A stretch of 60,243 bases of DNA, the filler included, from Sphacelaria rigidula (taxonomy: Eukaryota): NCBI GenBank assembly GCA_964200075.2. It is 7 parts of 7 records of this genome, joined end to end, with 100 filler letters (N's around TTAATTAATTAA, not from the genome) between each part and the next. Parts side by side here need not be neighbours in the genome. Positions count along the whole stretch, not along the records: positions 1 to 8,522 come from CAXNAA020010896.1; positions 8,623 to 17,144 come from CAXNAA020010897.1; 5 more parts are not named here. One strand, written 5' to 3'. Both the position numbers and the translations under genes were made by a program. The notes below the pieces were generated by a model. It was given only the letters and a program-made list of their open reading frames with translations, ran no database searches and was not told where the DNA came from. The stretch's first letter is position 1. The number at the start of each line of letters is the position of its first letter. Positions 1 through 12,800 of the stretch are shown here, in pieces.

Positions 1-2251
1 ATCGACAAAAATATCGATATCGGCGGTTGTGGTTCGATATTCTCAAAATATATGTCGAACTTTATTCTCGGTCCAATATGCAACACTGCTATGAAACATT
101 CCATTCAAAAAACAGAAATGGGCTCCAGGGTCCAACTAGGCACGTCTGTATATTAGCATTTGTACATGAGGGAAGCACCGCTTTGACGGGCTGCAGCATC
201 GGGTGGCGAGTTTGCCAAGCCACACCGTACATACAGCAAAGTATGGCTGAACCCAGCGAAATCTCGTCACCAAATGTGGAAGGCAAAGTGGGTTGTGCGG
301 GCGGTACATGGCGAGCCTAATCGCAGGCGTCCGCACAGGCGATATTCATGCACGCGGGAGGGAGCCAACGGGCACCGCCTACCGTAATCAGGCCATATGA
401 AAAACACTACAGTCAGTAAAGACAGTAGGTTACAGTATTGACTTGCGGCTACACTTCGTGCAAGATAAATGTAAGCATGTGAAAAGTCGGCCACGAGAGT
501 AGACGGCACGAGACGATAGCGGTACTCGGCGCCATGAACCTTATGCAGCATAAAGTATGTGTGTGCAACGGTCGGCAACGATCAACCCGCGGTGTTGATG
601 TGGTGGGGCAACTGTGCCATTCGCCACGCCGTTGAGTAATAGTCTACCGCAGTATGATGCCGTCGGCACGTGCTTGGCATAGCGCAGTTCTGTGCATGCC
701 TCGCGTTTTACAGAGATTTTTTCAAAATACGATATATTCTCAAAATATCATACAGACATTATTCGAAGCAATAAGGCATCACCCCTGAGGCGACGGCACT
801 TCGCAGACTCTACGCCACAGTGACGGTGCATAACTGCAGGGCACATGGCGTCTGCGTCGCCTTTACGCATATTTTTTCAAACGGCGGAATAGTGCTGTTG
901 GAACGTGCATGAGCGCGATGTTGTGCATGACGTGAATCTGCAGTCGAGGTTACCCCAAACTGCTGTAAACACACTCAGTACTGTCCAGGGCAGTATCCCA
1001 GCACCCCCGGCGGCATGCAAAGGTGACTGCCTGGGATTGTATTACACTGCCAGTTAATATATATGGCGAATGTGCCATCGGCGTTGCCCTTGTTGCTATG
1101 ACGCTGAAAACAGTATGAACTGCAGCGGGAAGGGCGTGCAGATCAGGCGGGAAGCATGCTTAACAGAGGCCTGCCGCGCACTGTGGCCGGGGAAGGAGCT
1201 CATGAGTGTAGGAAAAAACGCCGACGGGTCCTGGACCTCGCCGCAGCAAGAAAAGAGGAACCTTCTCTTGTTCCACTTGTCACTCGCACGGATCTGAAAA
1301 ATACGCGGTGGGCCAAAATTGTTGCGTCTGAGCTGTGAACCATCAACCATATCTTGCTCAAAAACCGTCAATTGCAAATGATCAATTTCCCATTGTGAGT
1401 TCCAAGAGGTTGATACCATCTTTTGCCTATACTCCGAAGACAGGGTGTCTGCTCGCTTGGCTGAACCACCATAAGCACCAACCTTGATGATCACGTCAAA
1501 GGCGTCCAAGGACACCTTTTCTAATAGGAAGAAGCGTTATCGGTGAGATCGTGCTAACGAACAACTTTTCAATATACGATATTCGACTACGACAGGACCT
1601 GCAGCCACGGGGTTCTACAAAAGCAGATGGTAAAAGAGCATGAGACGGCTTCGTTGCGAAATATCAAAACTAGTCCAAACAAAGACGACGCATTTTAATT
1701 TAGACAGGTAGACAAGTGAACTGTGTCACAGAGTGAGGATCCTGACACCTTCCTCGCACAAGTATATCAACTTCGCGACGAACTTATGCACATGAGGGAG
1801 GCAGTATCAGACGGCACTCCAACAGATACAGTCATACAAGGGTTAACTGACGAGCATATGCAAACAAAGCATAATGCAGAACGTGACCCTGATTTCAGCT
1901 TGAATGAGATCGGATCGACTATGCGTAATAAATACGTAAACCGCCTAGCTCATGGTAAGTCTGTAGAACAATCAGTGGGTAGAGAGTGCTATGTTCGCAT
2001 CCTCACCCCTATATTCGTCTTTGAGGTCCATTGAGTCGAAAAAGGAATGTTTCAATTGCCGGAAACCTGATCACCACATGCGTAGGTGCATACCAAGGAA
2101 GTGTACCGGTAGACAGGTTAAATGGTGTAGCCTACACAAACAAATAAACACGAGAATACAGAGTTTAAAAATCAAATGAATGGTGGGAACGTAAGCAGTG
2201 GCTCTGGTAACAGCAGCAACAATCGCTACGGTAATAGCCGGAACAATAGCC

Positions 2252-3787
2252 CAAGGGTAGGTGGAATAGAGTGCGTACTTTTGAGTGTGTGTGTTGTGTT
2301 GTCGTCCCATTTATTCTGGGCGCCAGTCTACCCCTTTCGGGATATGTGGGCGCATCAGCCTGACGTTTTGAGTACTCGAGTAAAACATTCAAGTATTTAC
2401 TCTACTCGACGTTTGAGTAGGTCGACTTTGGCCTTAAATACTCTACTCAAATCGAGTACTGCCTCAAATACTCTACTCAAATATTGAGTAAGCACTCTCA
2501 GTAATACTTGCGTGTAGAGTATCATTTGAGTATGACCTCAATACTCTACTCAAAATTTGAGTAGATTGAGTATGGTCTCAAATACTCTACTCAGTTCTTG
2601 AGGAGATCGAGTACGACCTCAAATACTCCACTCAAATATTGAGTAAGTACTCCCAATAATACTTGAGTGAAAGAGTATCACTTGAGTATGACCTCAGTAC
2701 TCTACTCGAATAATTGAGTTGGTCGAGTACGACCTCAAATGCTCTTCTCGAATAATTGAGTAGGTTGAGTACGACCTCAAATCCTCTTCTCAAATATTGA
2801 GTAAGCACTCTCAGTAATACTTGAGAATAGAGTACCCCTTGGGTATGGTGAGTCCCCCCCTGACAGTCAGCAACTTCGTGGCGTCAATTCACAGACTGTG
2901 TTGAATGTATGGGCGAACGATGCCCATCAATTAGATGGGCGGCGTTACATCACAGTCAACAAGGAGTATGAGCGAACGATGGCCGTAAAACAATCAAGAA
3001 GCGTGCAGGTGAACGAAGCTACTTGCCCCAGCGCCCCATCTCACCAGCCCCAACCCAAGGCAGTTCATACTCGATACCTCGCAACGCCTTGGATATCACT
3101 TTCAGTACAGAGCGCTACTCATTATCATCGAGTAATCGAGTAGAAGAGTAGTCGAGTAGGTATTATCAAAATGAGCGACTATATTGGCCACGGTTTGACG
3201 AGATAGTTTGATCTTGAATCAACACTCTCATAGGTGGGCAACTCTAGGAATACCTCGGTATTTCCTCTACCTGAGTTTGAGTATCCTGCGTACGAATTTG
3301 AATATTGAAGTTGAAGTTATAGGTTTTCGGTACATCAGATCCGGCCTCAGATACTCTACTCAAATTTTGAGTAGGTCAAGTACGGGCTCCGATACTCTAC
3401 TCAAGCTTTGAGTAGGCCGAGTACGACCTCAAATACTCTGCTCAAATATTTAGTAAGCACTCTCAGTGATACTTCAGTATAGGGTATCACTTGAGTATGA
3501 CCTCAATACTCTACTCAAAATTTGAGTAGGTTGAGCATGGTCTCAAATACTCTACTCAATTTTTGAGTAGATCGAGTACGATCTCAAATACTCTACTCAA
3601 ACATTGAGTAAGCACTCTCAGGAATACCCGAGTATAGAGTTTCACTTGAGCATGACCTCAATACTCTACTCGAATAATTGAGTAGGTTGAGTACGACCTC
3701 AAATACTCTACTCAAAGCTCGAGTACTAAAAGTATGACTCTTCAAACAATACTGAGTACTGAGTATACTCTACTCGACCTACACTTG
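2252..3787. mobile_element. Non-autonomous TIR element (hAT-like, 8-bp TSD) with subterminal arrays
   Basis: Imperfect TIR: CAAGGGTAGGTGGAATAGAGT at left, reverse complement CAAGTGTAGGTCGAGTAGAGT at right. Flanks CAATAGCC (2244-2251) and CAATAGTC (3788-3795). Many ~33-bp 'GAGTACGACCTCAAATACTCTACTCAAA' repeats near both ends. Confidence 0.8.
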
Positions 3788-3805
3788 CAATAGTCACAAC
3801 CTTAA

Positions 3806-4907
3806 CCCTTTTGGGACCGGGCCTCCAGAACGACCAATAACGTGTCTGGCGTCTGCACGAAACAGTGACGTGTTGCTGAAAATCCGCGTATGTAACCGCA
3901 GGGCTGTGACGAAGACCGAAAGTTCCATACAATACATTTTCAGGTGCAGGGTGCGCATGAGGCGGTGTACATCTGATGTAGCTAGCAGCATGGGTCGCGG
4001 TAGAGAGCTTCCAACAGGATACGGCGACCGGCGGGCCGCCCGCCACTACTTGTGGCTTTGGATGATAATTTTGTCCTCATACCCTTGCCACACAGCCCTT
4101 TGTGGTCGGGGTGGGCCGCCGTTGCTCCCTTTGTTGCATGCGGCAAATTCTCTTTGCAGGGTATCAGCGTTATGGCGCGCATGCATGCAACAGTATAGTC
4201 AAGTACAGTGTAGTACGCCTCTCCGACTGCAGCAGCAGTTGCCGCTGCATACTCCCTTGCACGTTTTGGGCAATTCTCAGCTACCGAGATCAACTACCTA
4301 TATACCGCTTCTTCATCCCCGCCCACTACATACATGCTCCGTCTCGAAAGGGACGCGTGGTCAATGGTCGAACGACTAAAGCAAGCAACAAATGAGTACG
4401 CTACTACATACATGTTAACTGCACACTGCAAGTCATCGGCAGAGGGATAAGCAGAATTCATGACGGTAGCTCCTTTTGTCTTTCCACGGCGCACCTGGGT
4501 CAAGTGTCCCGTGAAAATGATCACATTATTGCATGTACACTCCTTCCCGGTTTTTCCGGTCGACCCTATCTTAGTGTACTTACTACGTTTTAGTATAAAA
4601 ATGTGACCCAAAAAAACCCACCGGAAAACTCGGGGAACGCTGTACTGAGTGCAAGTAATATCATATAACCAAGTTCCGACAGCCTTGCACTTGGAAACCT
4701 GGGAAGGCTTATCTGGGCCAGGGAAAGGGCTCCCACACGATCTGTGCGGTGGCATCACACTCGCCAACAATCCCCGCGTTGGTCGTTCGTGTCTGGTCGA
4801 TAAATTTCGCCCCGCCGTGATTGGGCAGGTCGCTCGAAGACTCATTTTGTATTATTTCACTAACACAGGGTCAACCCTGTGTTAGTGGACGGTCTGTCCC
4901 AAAATAG
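3806..4907. mobile_element. piggyBac-like MITE, copy 1 (TTAA target)
   Basis: TTAA at 3802-3805 and 4908-4911. Left end CCCTTTTGGGACCGG; right end degenerate GTCCCAAAATAG. Similar along its whole length to 7184-8218. Confidence 0.85.
4337..4402 (+). mobile_element. 5'-truncated LINE 3' tail with 12-bp TSD
   Basis: Matches the 3' end of the contig 6 LINE (50479-50542). Flanked by ACTACATACATG at 4325-4336 and 4403-4414. Absent from the sister MITE at 7184-8218. Confidence 0.9.
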
Positions 4908-7183
4908 TTAATCGTAGTTACAAAAACCGTCAAAACATACATAACAATGGACCTATAAATCAGGCGAATACAGCCACCATAGCTCCCACTTCAACTACAG
5001 TACCTATGAACACCAATGACCAGCAATCAACTATACCTACTGCAGCAACTGTCATGGAATCTTCTCCGCCGAGCGGCATTGGGTGTACATTGCTTGCTGT
5101 ATACCTAGCAGATTCTCCTCATACGTATGTGGCAACTCCGTTCAAGATGGTTGTTGATAGTGGGACCAGTGGCCATTTCGTGGATAGCCACTTACTCCCT
5201 AGTATTGAAAGGGAGATACTTGGCTTTGTCAAGCTTGATCCACCCATGTGCATATTGACAGCAGGAAGAAACTTGTTACAAGGCACGAGGAAAGGAATTA
5301 TTTAGTCATCAATAACGAGCGTCAGTGGTATTGAACGGTCTGTCCGTTCGTCCGTCGTCATAGTTCCAGGCCTACGGAAGTATATATTTTCTCCTTGCGA
5401 GGCCCTGAGCAAGGCTGTCTCGACCATGTTTTCTATAAACTCACACATTGATGTAGGTGATTTTAAAATTCCAATTGCAGTTAATAACGCTGGGGTATTA
5501 GATAATATCAGCTTGACAAAAGTTCAAGAACTGAACTATTTCCATGAAACGGCACTAGCAACTACAACACTTTCTGGGACAGACATGGGGTCTGGTATTG
5601 CGTATGCAACTGAAGTTATTGATCTGGAACAGCCTGAAGGTCCTTCGATTAACTCAACTATAGTAAAAGCACAAGCCTGGTGCAAAATACTAGGTCACCC
5701 GTCTAAGCAAGTTAAACAATTGCAGAATCAGGTGTAAACGTCAAAGGCACACTCACCGCATGTGACATTTGTATGATTAATAAAAGTACACAGCAAAATC
5801 AACAGGAAACAAGCAACTAGGACAACATCACCGATCGTCTTCAACTTGTCCGTACTGATATTGTAGGGCCAGCAAAACGTACAGCAGTAGGAGGGATAGT
5901 AGATGCCTAAATGTACTGGTTATTCCAGTAGACCTAAAGTTGCATACGTCATCAAACGGAAGGATGAAGCTTCAGCGACACTTTGCAATTATTTTTTTAT
6001 ATCTGGCATTTCTTTCAGGTCTCCGAGTTCAACGTCTAAGAACCAATCATGGTAGAGAACATATAGCAGGTTACCTTAGGCGATAGCCTACTATCGTGAC
6101 GCCTCCTCGAACGGGGTCGAAATAGTTATTGAGTACAACGATTGCCACCCTTTCGAAAGTATCAATGAGACTTAGCAGGCAGTGTTGAAACTGATTGCAA
6201 TGCTGCCGACAGTCTATGGAGTTATCCTTTGTCAGCCGAAAAAATGGTACCAATTGCTCAAATTTATACCTCCAGGGGGGAAACAATATTTTATTCCTGT
6301 GGTCGCTATTGTTCAGGGCAGGCATTAGAGGGTCGAAGCGGTACCATTGTACGAGTCAGAACCACACAAGTCACACGTTCACATGCTTCAAGCACTAATC
6401 GCTTCGTCGTTGAGGACGTCGATGTGTAGCTATGGTCAGTGCGATATGAAAATAGAATACCTGCCGATATCGATTGTCAGAAAAATATGGTGATGAACTG
6501 CCCACGGGTAACATTTGTGCAACACAATAAATTTGAACATTGGGGAGCAATACTTCTTCTCAAGCACGACATGCTCACAACGATGTCTATCTGTAGCCAT
6601 TGTGAAATGCACTAGATAATGCATCCAGTACCAAATATCGCTTCCTTGTTGGGTCTATCGATACCTCCTGATGGAAGCCAATGGACTTCGGGACATCTAC
6701 ACCAATATCGTCCTGCACAGCCAATAGGCGGTGAAAGGCAGTCATCTTTACCCTTTGCCGAACGCTAAATACTCACGGCCGTGCTGTCCAAAACCACCAC
6801 CGAGGCGATTGAAACTCATCTACAGTAGGGAACTCTTCCTAGGGTTTCAGGAAATTGCCTTTTGTCCAAGGCTTAATTCCGGAGAGATGTGCAGCCACGG
6901 GCACACTCGGGGGATCATCTAAGAAGTCCCAAAAGAGGTTACAATACGTGCACCATCCCTCCACAAGAAAGGGCGTCGCCGGTGTCAACCGGTACGTCAT
7001 ACAGTAGGCAGAATTAACGACTGCCACCCCACCGTACCTCCTCCTCAACGACCCCATTTCTATTCAAAGTTACGAGATAATTAACGATGACCAGACGAAC
7101 ATGGTCCGCATGCTTCTTACGGAAACATGGAGCCGTACTCAACTCTAGAAACGAATATAACAGCATAAATATCGATCGATTAA

Positions 7184-8218
7184 CCCTTTTGGGAATGGAC
7201 CTCCGGAACGACCAATGAGGCTAGTCAGGAATGACGTATCTGGCGTCTGCACGAAACAGTGGCGTGTTGCTGAAAATCTTCGTGTGTAACCGCAGGGCTG
7301 TGACAAAGACCGAACGTTCCAATCTATTTTCAGGTGCAGGGTACGCATAAGGTGGTGTATATCTACTGTCGCAAGCAGTATGGGTCGTGGTGAAGAGCTT
7401 CCAACAGGATGCGACGACCGGCGGGACGCCCGCCACTTGTGGCTTTGGATGATACTTTTGTCCCCATCACCTTGCCACACAGCCCTTTGTGGTCGGTATG
7501 GGCTGCCGTTTCCTACCTTGTTGCATGCGGCAAATTCTCTTCCAACGGTATTAGGGTTGCGGCGCGCATGCATACAACAGTATAGTACAGTACAGTCTAG
7601 TATGCCTCTCCGACTGCAGCAGCAGCTGCCGCTGCATACTCCCTTGCACGTTTTGGGCAATTCTCAGCTACCGAAATCAGCTGCCTACATACAGCTTTGT
7701 CATCCCCGTCCACAACGTCCATGTGGACTGCACACTGCAAGTCATCCGCAGAGGGATATGTAGAACTCATGACGGTAGCTCCTTTTGTCTTTCCACAGCC
7801 CACCTGGGTTTTGTGCCTCGTGGAAATGACCACATGGTGGCATGTACACACCTTCCTGGGGTTTTCCTGCCCACCCTGTGTTAGTGTAAATTACTACGTT
7901 TTAGTACAGAATTGGGACCCAAAAACCCCCCGGAAAACCTCGGGAACAGTAAACTGAGTGCAAGTAATACCATAAAACCAAGCCGCGACCATCCTGCACT
8001 TGGAAACCTGGAGAGGCTTATCTGGGCCAGGGATGGGACGGACCCCCACACGATCTTTGCTGTGGCATCACACCCGACAACAACCCCTGCGCTGGTCGTT
8101 CGGGTCTGGTCGATAATTTTCGCCTCGCCGTGATTGGGCAGGTCGCCCGAAGACTTCTCTTCAATTTTTTCACTAACACAGGGTCAACCCTGTCTTAGTG
8201 GGTCCGGTCCCAAAAGGG
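7184..8218. mobile_element. piggyBac-like MITE, copy 2 (TTAA target)
   Basis: TTAA|CCCTTTTGGGA...TCCCAAAAGGG|TTAA, with TTAA at 7180-7183 and 8219-8222. No transposase ORF. Confidence 0.9.
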
Positions 8219-8460
8219 TTAAGGTCAGCAGCTCTTGGACTCGAAAGGCCCTTTTTAAACAAATCGTGGACCTATTCGGCGATGGCAGGAGAAATCCGTT
8301 GCCATTCAATTAGCATTCCTGTGACTTTCGTGTGCTCTACTGATACGCTCCTCAGGCCTGTTTAGCAAAGCCAAGAACTCCCATCAAAACCTTTCACGAT
8401 AGCTATCCGGCAGCGGACAGCTTTGCTGCCTATCGTGGGAGGGGGGGGGGGGGGGATACC

Positions 8461-8522
8461 TATTTGCTGCTTGCCTTAGTCGTTTGAAAATCGCCACCCC
8501 CTCCCTTTCGAGGCGGGGGACC
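8461..8522 (-). mobile_element. LINE 3' tail fragment at contig end
   Basis: Reverse complement resembles 'CTCGAAAGGG...CAAACGACTAAGGCAAGCAGCAAAT', followed by a C tract. Sequence quality at the contig end is probably low. Confidence 0.65.
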
Positions 8523-8622
8523 NNNNNNNNNNNNNNNNNNNNNNNNNNNNNNNNNNNNNNNNNNNNTTAATTAATTAANNNNNNNNNNNNNNNNNNNNNN
8601 NNNNNNNNNNNNNNNNNNNNNN
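8523..8622. other. Artificial contig linker (N44-TTAATTAATTAA-N44)
   Basis: 100-nt spacer with stops in all six frames. Identical spacers at 17145-17244, 25766-25865, 34386-34485, 43006-43105 and 51625-51724. The segments between them decrease steadily from 8522 to 8519 bp. Confidence 0.98.
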
Positions 8623-9614
8623 TTCTTTCGGTGAGTACGATACGAAGATGGAGACTGGAAACAGCCATCTCGCTTGGAAGTTTAGCGCCCCAAGCTGAAA
8701 CGGAGGAGCCAAAGAATAGACTGCAGCCATGGACGTGTACGAATGGCTGTTGTGTGATGGTGTACATGATATCATTGCGAGAGGAATACGGTCGTGAAAT
8801 AAGGGAATATGTAACTATATATTGCTGCTACCGTACGCTTCAGGCATGACTTTCGAGTGTTCCTTGTATTTTTCTTGTGTCGCTATGTTAGCGATTGCTT
8901 CCCATTTGGTGATATACGGGCACATGTGTGAGCCAAGGCGTGTAGGCTCTAGTTCCAGTAGAATAGGTATCGGTAGTTACAGAAGCGCACCCCTCAAAAG
9001 CTGCACTCCTGTAACTATTGATCAGTTCGCGGAAAGGTTGTTTTTAGCGAGGTTTAAGCCCCGCACTACCCTAAAATCCAGTCTAACTGATCCAGGGTGT
9101 CGACGCGCGATCACGCTAACTAGCCGATCGTTCTCCAGTCTAACTGAGATCCCGGGGAAACGACAGCGACCGTACTTGTCTGCTGTTTCTGTCGTAGGAA
9201 AGGGCGTTATAGATTTTTTTTCTTTTTCTAACGGATGGAGTTTTCCCCTGCTTATCAGGGTTTACCCATTCATTAGATCTGCAACGAGCTTTCCCCTGTA
9301 CTGTAATTCAGCAGGTTTTTCTCGTTTCACTTTCAGGCGTATGGTACACGGGCTTTGTTTTTGTTCTGGCCCTTCCAGACCTCCAATAAATTTGTGTGTA
9401 GCCAAATAATTATGGCGAGGGGGATGTTACAGATTTATTGGTCATGTTCCAGTCGACTGGGTTCCATTTGACATACTTTGCCATGCTTGGTACCTGATGG
9501 GTCATACTACATTGTTTTATTGGGTTGACTTGGCCGCCCCCCTTGGGTCACAGTGCTCTCGACTATGCATCTCAACTAGCAAAGCACAAGTTAGCCTGTA
9601 CGCCAATATTACAA

Positions 9615-9880
9615 GAGCATCTACGCCATCATGGACTGCGATCTCAGAGGATTCTCTGGTCTTCACAAAATGTAAGCCTGACCTTCATGCAACACGTGTT
9701 GTGCTGCAGCCTGCGCGGCTCATGGCATGCCACCTGACCACTGGTGCGGTGGCTGACTTCGCACTCGATAATATCGAACTCAATGGTTGCGATACTAAAG
9801 ACGGTGTTTGGGCCTGCTAGCCCCGGTTCCCACTGAACTGGCATCTTCCTACCCAGGTGGTGAGTATCGTACCATGACAG
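9615..9880. repeat. Dispersed repeat shared with 34957-35221
   Basis: 'GGACTGCGATCTCAGAG...CTGGTCTTCAC...CCCACTGAACTGGCA...GGTGAGTATCG..CCATGACAG' occurs in contigs 2 and 5. Family not recognised. Confidence 0.75.
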
Positions 9881-12800
9881 TTTCACCCATCATGATATCG
9901 GTGACGACTCCATGTATTCAATGATCTCATCCATCGATGACGAATACACGATCATGAGAAATATGCCTCTCACTGACAACTGCATGGCCGAAGATACAAC
10001 CTTCATTGATAACTGCATCTATTCCCAATTGATCCAGAGTTGGTTCTCTGACCAGCGTAGTTTTGAGGGTGATTCAAGTTCCTGAGTGTGGTGTAGTTTC
10101 ATCCTCCGTCATATCTGTGACGACTTCATGCCTTCCATGATCTTATCCATCGATGACCATTACATGATCATGGGAAATGTTCTTGTCGCCGACAAGAACA
10201 TGGCCGTCGAGACACAAACTCCATTGAGAACTGCATCTGTTGAAACTTGATTCAACGTTGTTCCTGACAAGCGTAGTTTTGAGGTTGATTCAGTTTTTCT
10301 TCATCGTGTAGTTTCATCTATCACAAGAATAGTGACGACCCCACGTCTTCATCGATCTTATCCATCTATTCGAAATACACGACCACGAAAGATATGCTCA
10401 TCGCCGACAACTACATGGCCGGAAAGACAAAACTCCATTGAGGACTGCACCTGTTCTAACTTCATCCAGAGTTGGTTCTCTGACAAGAGTAGTTTTGAGC
10501 TTGATTCAAGTTCCTCAGTATGGTGAAGTTCCATCCACCGCCATATCAGTGACAACTACATGTCTTGCATGATCGTATGCATCGATGACAAATACACGGC
10601 ATGTGAGACATATTCTTGTCGCTGACAACTACATCGCCGGAGAGACAAAAACTCTATTGAGAACTGCATCTGTTCCGACTTGATCCAGAGTTCATTCTCT
10701 GACAAGAGTAGTTTTGAGGTTGATTCAAGTTTCTCAGTATCTTGTAGTTTCATCCATCCCAATATCAGTGACGACTTCATGTCTTCCGTGAACTTATCCA
10801 TCGATAACAAAAACACGACCATGAGCAATATGCTTATCGCTGACAACTACATCGCCAAAAAGATACAAGCTTCATTGAGAACTGCATCTGTTCCAACTTG
10901 ATCCAGAGTTGGTTCTCTGACAAGAGTAGTTTTGAGGTTGATTCAAGTTTTTCAGTATGGCGTAGTTTCATCCATCGTCATGTCAGTATCTACTCCATGT
11001 CTTGCATGATCGTATGCATCGATGGCCATTACACGATGATGAGATATATTCATCTCGCCGACATCTACATGGCCGGAGAGACACAAGCTTCATTGAGAAC
11101 TGCATCTGTTTCAACTTGATCCAACGTTGGTGTCCTGACAACAGAGGTGTTGAGGTTGATTCAAGTTTCCTAGTGCGGTGTAGTTTCATCCACCGCCATG
11201 TAAGTGACGACTCCATGTATTGCATGATCGTATGCATCGATGACCAATACACGACATGTGAGACATATGCTTGTCGCCGACAACTACATGGTCGGAGAGA
11301 TACAAACTTCATTGAGAACTGCATTTGTTCCAACTTGATCCAGAGTTGGTTCTCTGACAGAAGTAGTTCTGAGGTTGATTCGAGTTTCTCAGAATCGTGT
11401 AGTTTCATCCATCGTCATGTCGGTGACGACTCCATGTCTTGCGTGATCGTATCCATCGATGACACATACACGACAGTAAGAAATATGCTTGTCGCCGACA
11501 ACTACATCGCCGGAGAGATACAAACTTCATTGGGAACTGCATCTGTTCCAACTTGATCCAGAGATGGTTCTCGACAAGAGTAGTTTTGAGGTTGATTTAG
11601 GTTTCTCCGTATGGCGTAGTTTCATCCATCGGCATGTCGGTGACGACTCCATGTCTTGCACGATCTTATCCATCGATGACAAATACGCGATCATGAGAAA
11701 TATGCTTGTCGCCGACAACTACATAGCCGGAGAGACAAAACCTTCATTGAGAACTGCATCTGTTCCAACATAATCCAACGCTGGTTTCCTGACGAAAGTA
11801 GTTTTCAGGTTGATTCAAGTTTCTCAGTATCGTGTAGTTTTACCCACTACGATATCGGTGACGACTCCATGTATTCAATGATCCCATCCATCGATGACCA
11901 ATACACGATCATGAGAAATATGCCTATCGCTGACAACTAGATGGCCGGAGATACAACCTTCATTGAGAACTGCATCTGTTCCAACTTGATCCAGAGTTGG
12001 TTCTCTGACCAGCGTAGTTTTGAGGGTGATTCAAGTTCCTCAGTATGATGTGGTTTCATCCATCGGCATGTCAGTCACGACGCCATGTCTTGCGTGATCT
12101 CATCCACCGATGACAACTACACGAAAGTAAGAAATATGCATGTCGCCGACAACTACATGGCCGGCGAGAGACATGCTTCATTGAGAACTGCATATATGTT
12201 TCAACTTGATCCAAGGTTGAGTTTCTGTCAAGAGTAGGTTTGAGGTTGATTCAAGTTTCTCCGTATGGTGTAGTTTCATCCATCGGCATGTCGGTGACGA
12301 CTCCATGTTTTGCATGATCGTACCCATCGATGACGAATACACGACCATGAGAAATATGCTTGTCGCCGACAACTACGTAGCCGGAGAGACAAAACCTTCA
12401 TTGAGAACTGCATCTGTTCCAACTTGATCCAACCTTGGTTCTCTGTCGAGAGTAGGTTTGAGGTTGATTCAAGTTTCTCAGTATCGTGTAGTTTCATCCA
12501 TCACAATATTAGTGACGACTCCATGTCTTGCATGATCGTACCCATTGATGACCAATACACGATCATGAGAGATATGCTTATCACTGACAACTACATCACC
12601 GAAGAGACCCAAACTCCAGTGAGAACTGCATCTGTTTCACCTTGATCCGCAGTTGGTTATCCGCCAAGAGTAGTATTGAGGTTGATTCAAGTTTCTCGGT
12701 ATCGTAAAGTTCCATACACCGCCATTTCAGTGACGACTCCATGACTTGCATGATCGTATGCATCGATGATAAATACACGACATTTGAGACATATGCTTGT

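Larger units (their letters stand above)
1340..6070 (+). mobile_element. Degenerate Ty1/Copia LTR-retrotransposon internal region (gag-protease-integrase), split by two DNA-element insertions
   Basis: Gag-like 'DPDTFLAQVYQLRDEL' (1723-2034), CCHC knuckle 'CFNCRKPDHHMRRC' (~2050), protease 'MVVDSGTSGHFV' (~5150), pre-integrase 'WCKILGHPS...CDICMINKS' (~5680-5790) and integrase start 'LQLVRTDIVGP' (~5840). Protease directly followed by integrase is Copia order. Several stops and frameshifts; no RT or LTR seen; both ends approximate. Confidence 0.85.

Noticed and set aside
3870-4379. 169-aa ORF shared with 7380-7763
   Set aside because: It lies inside the non-coding MITE, differs between copies and has no transposase motif.
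8567-8578. TTAATTAATTAA as a biological site
   Set aside because: It is the artificial six-frame stop linker.
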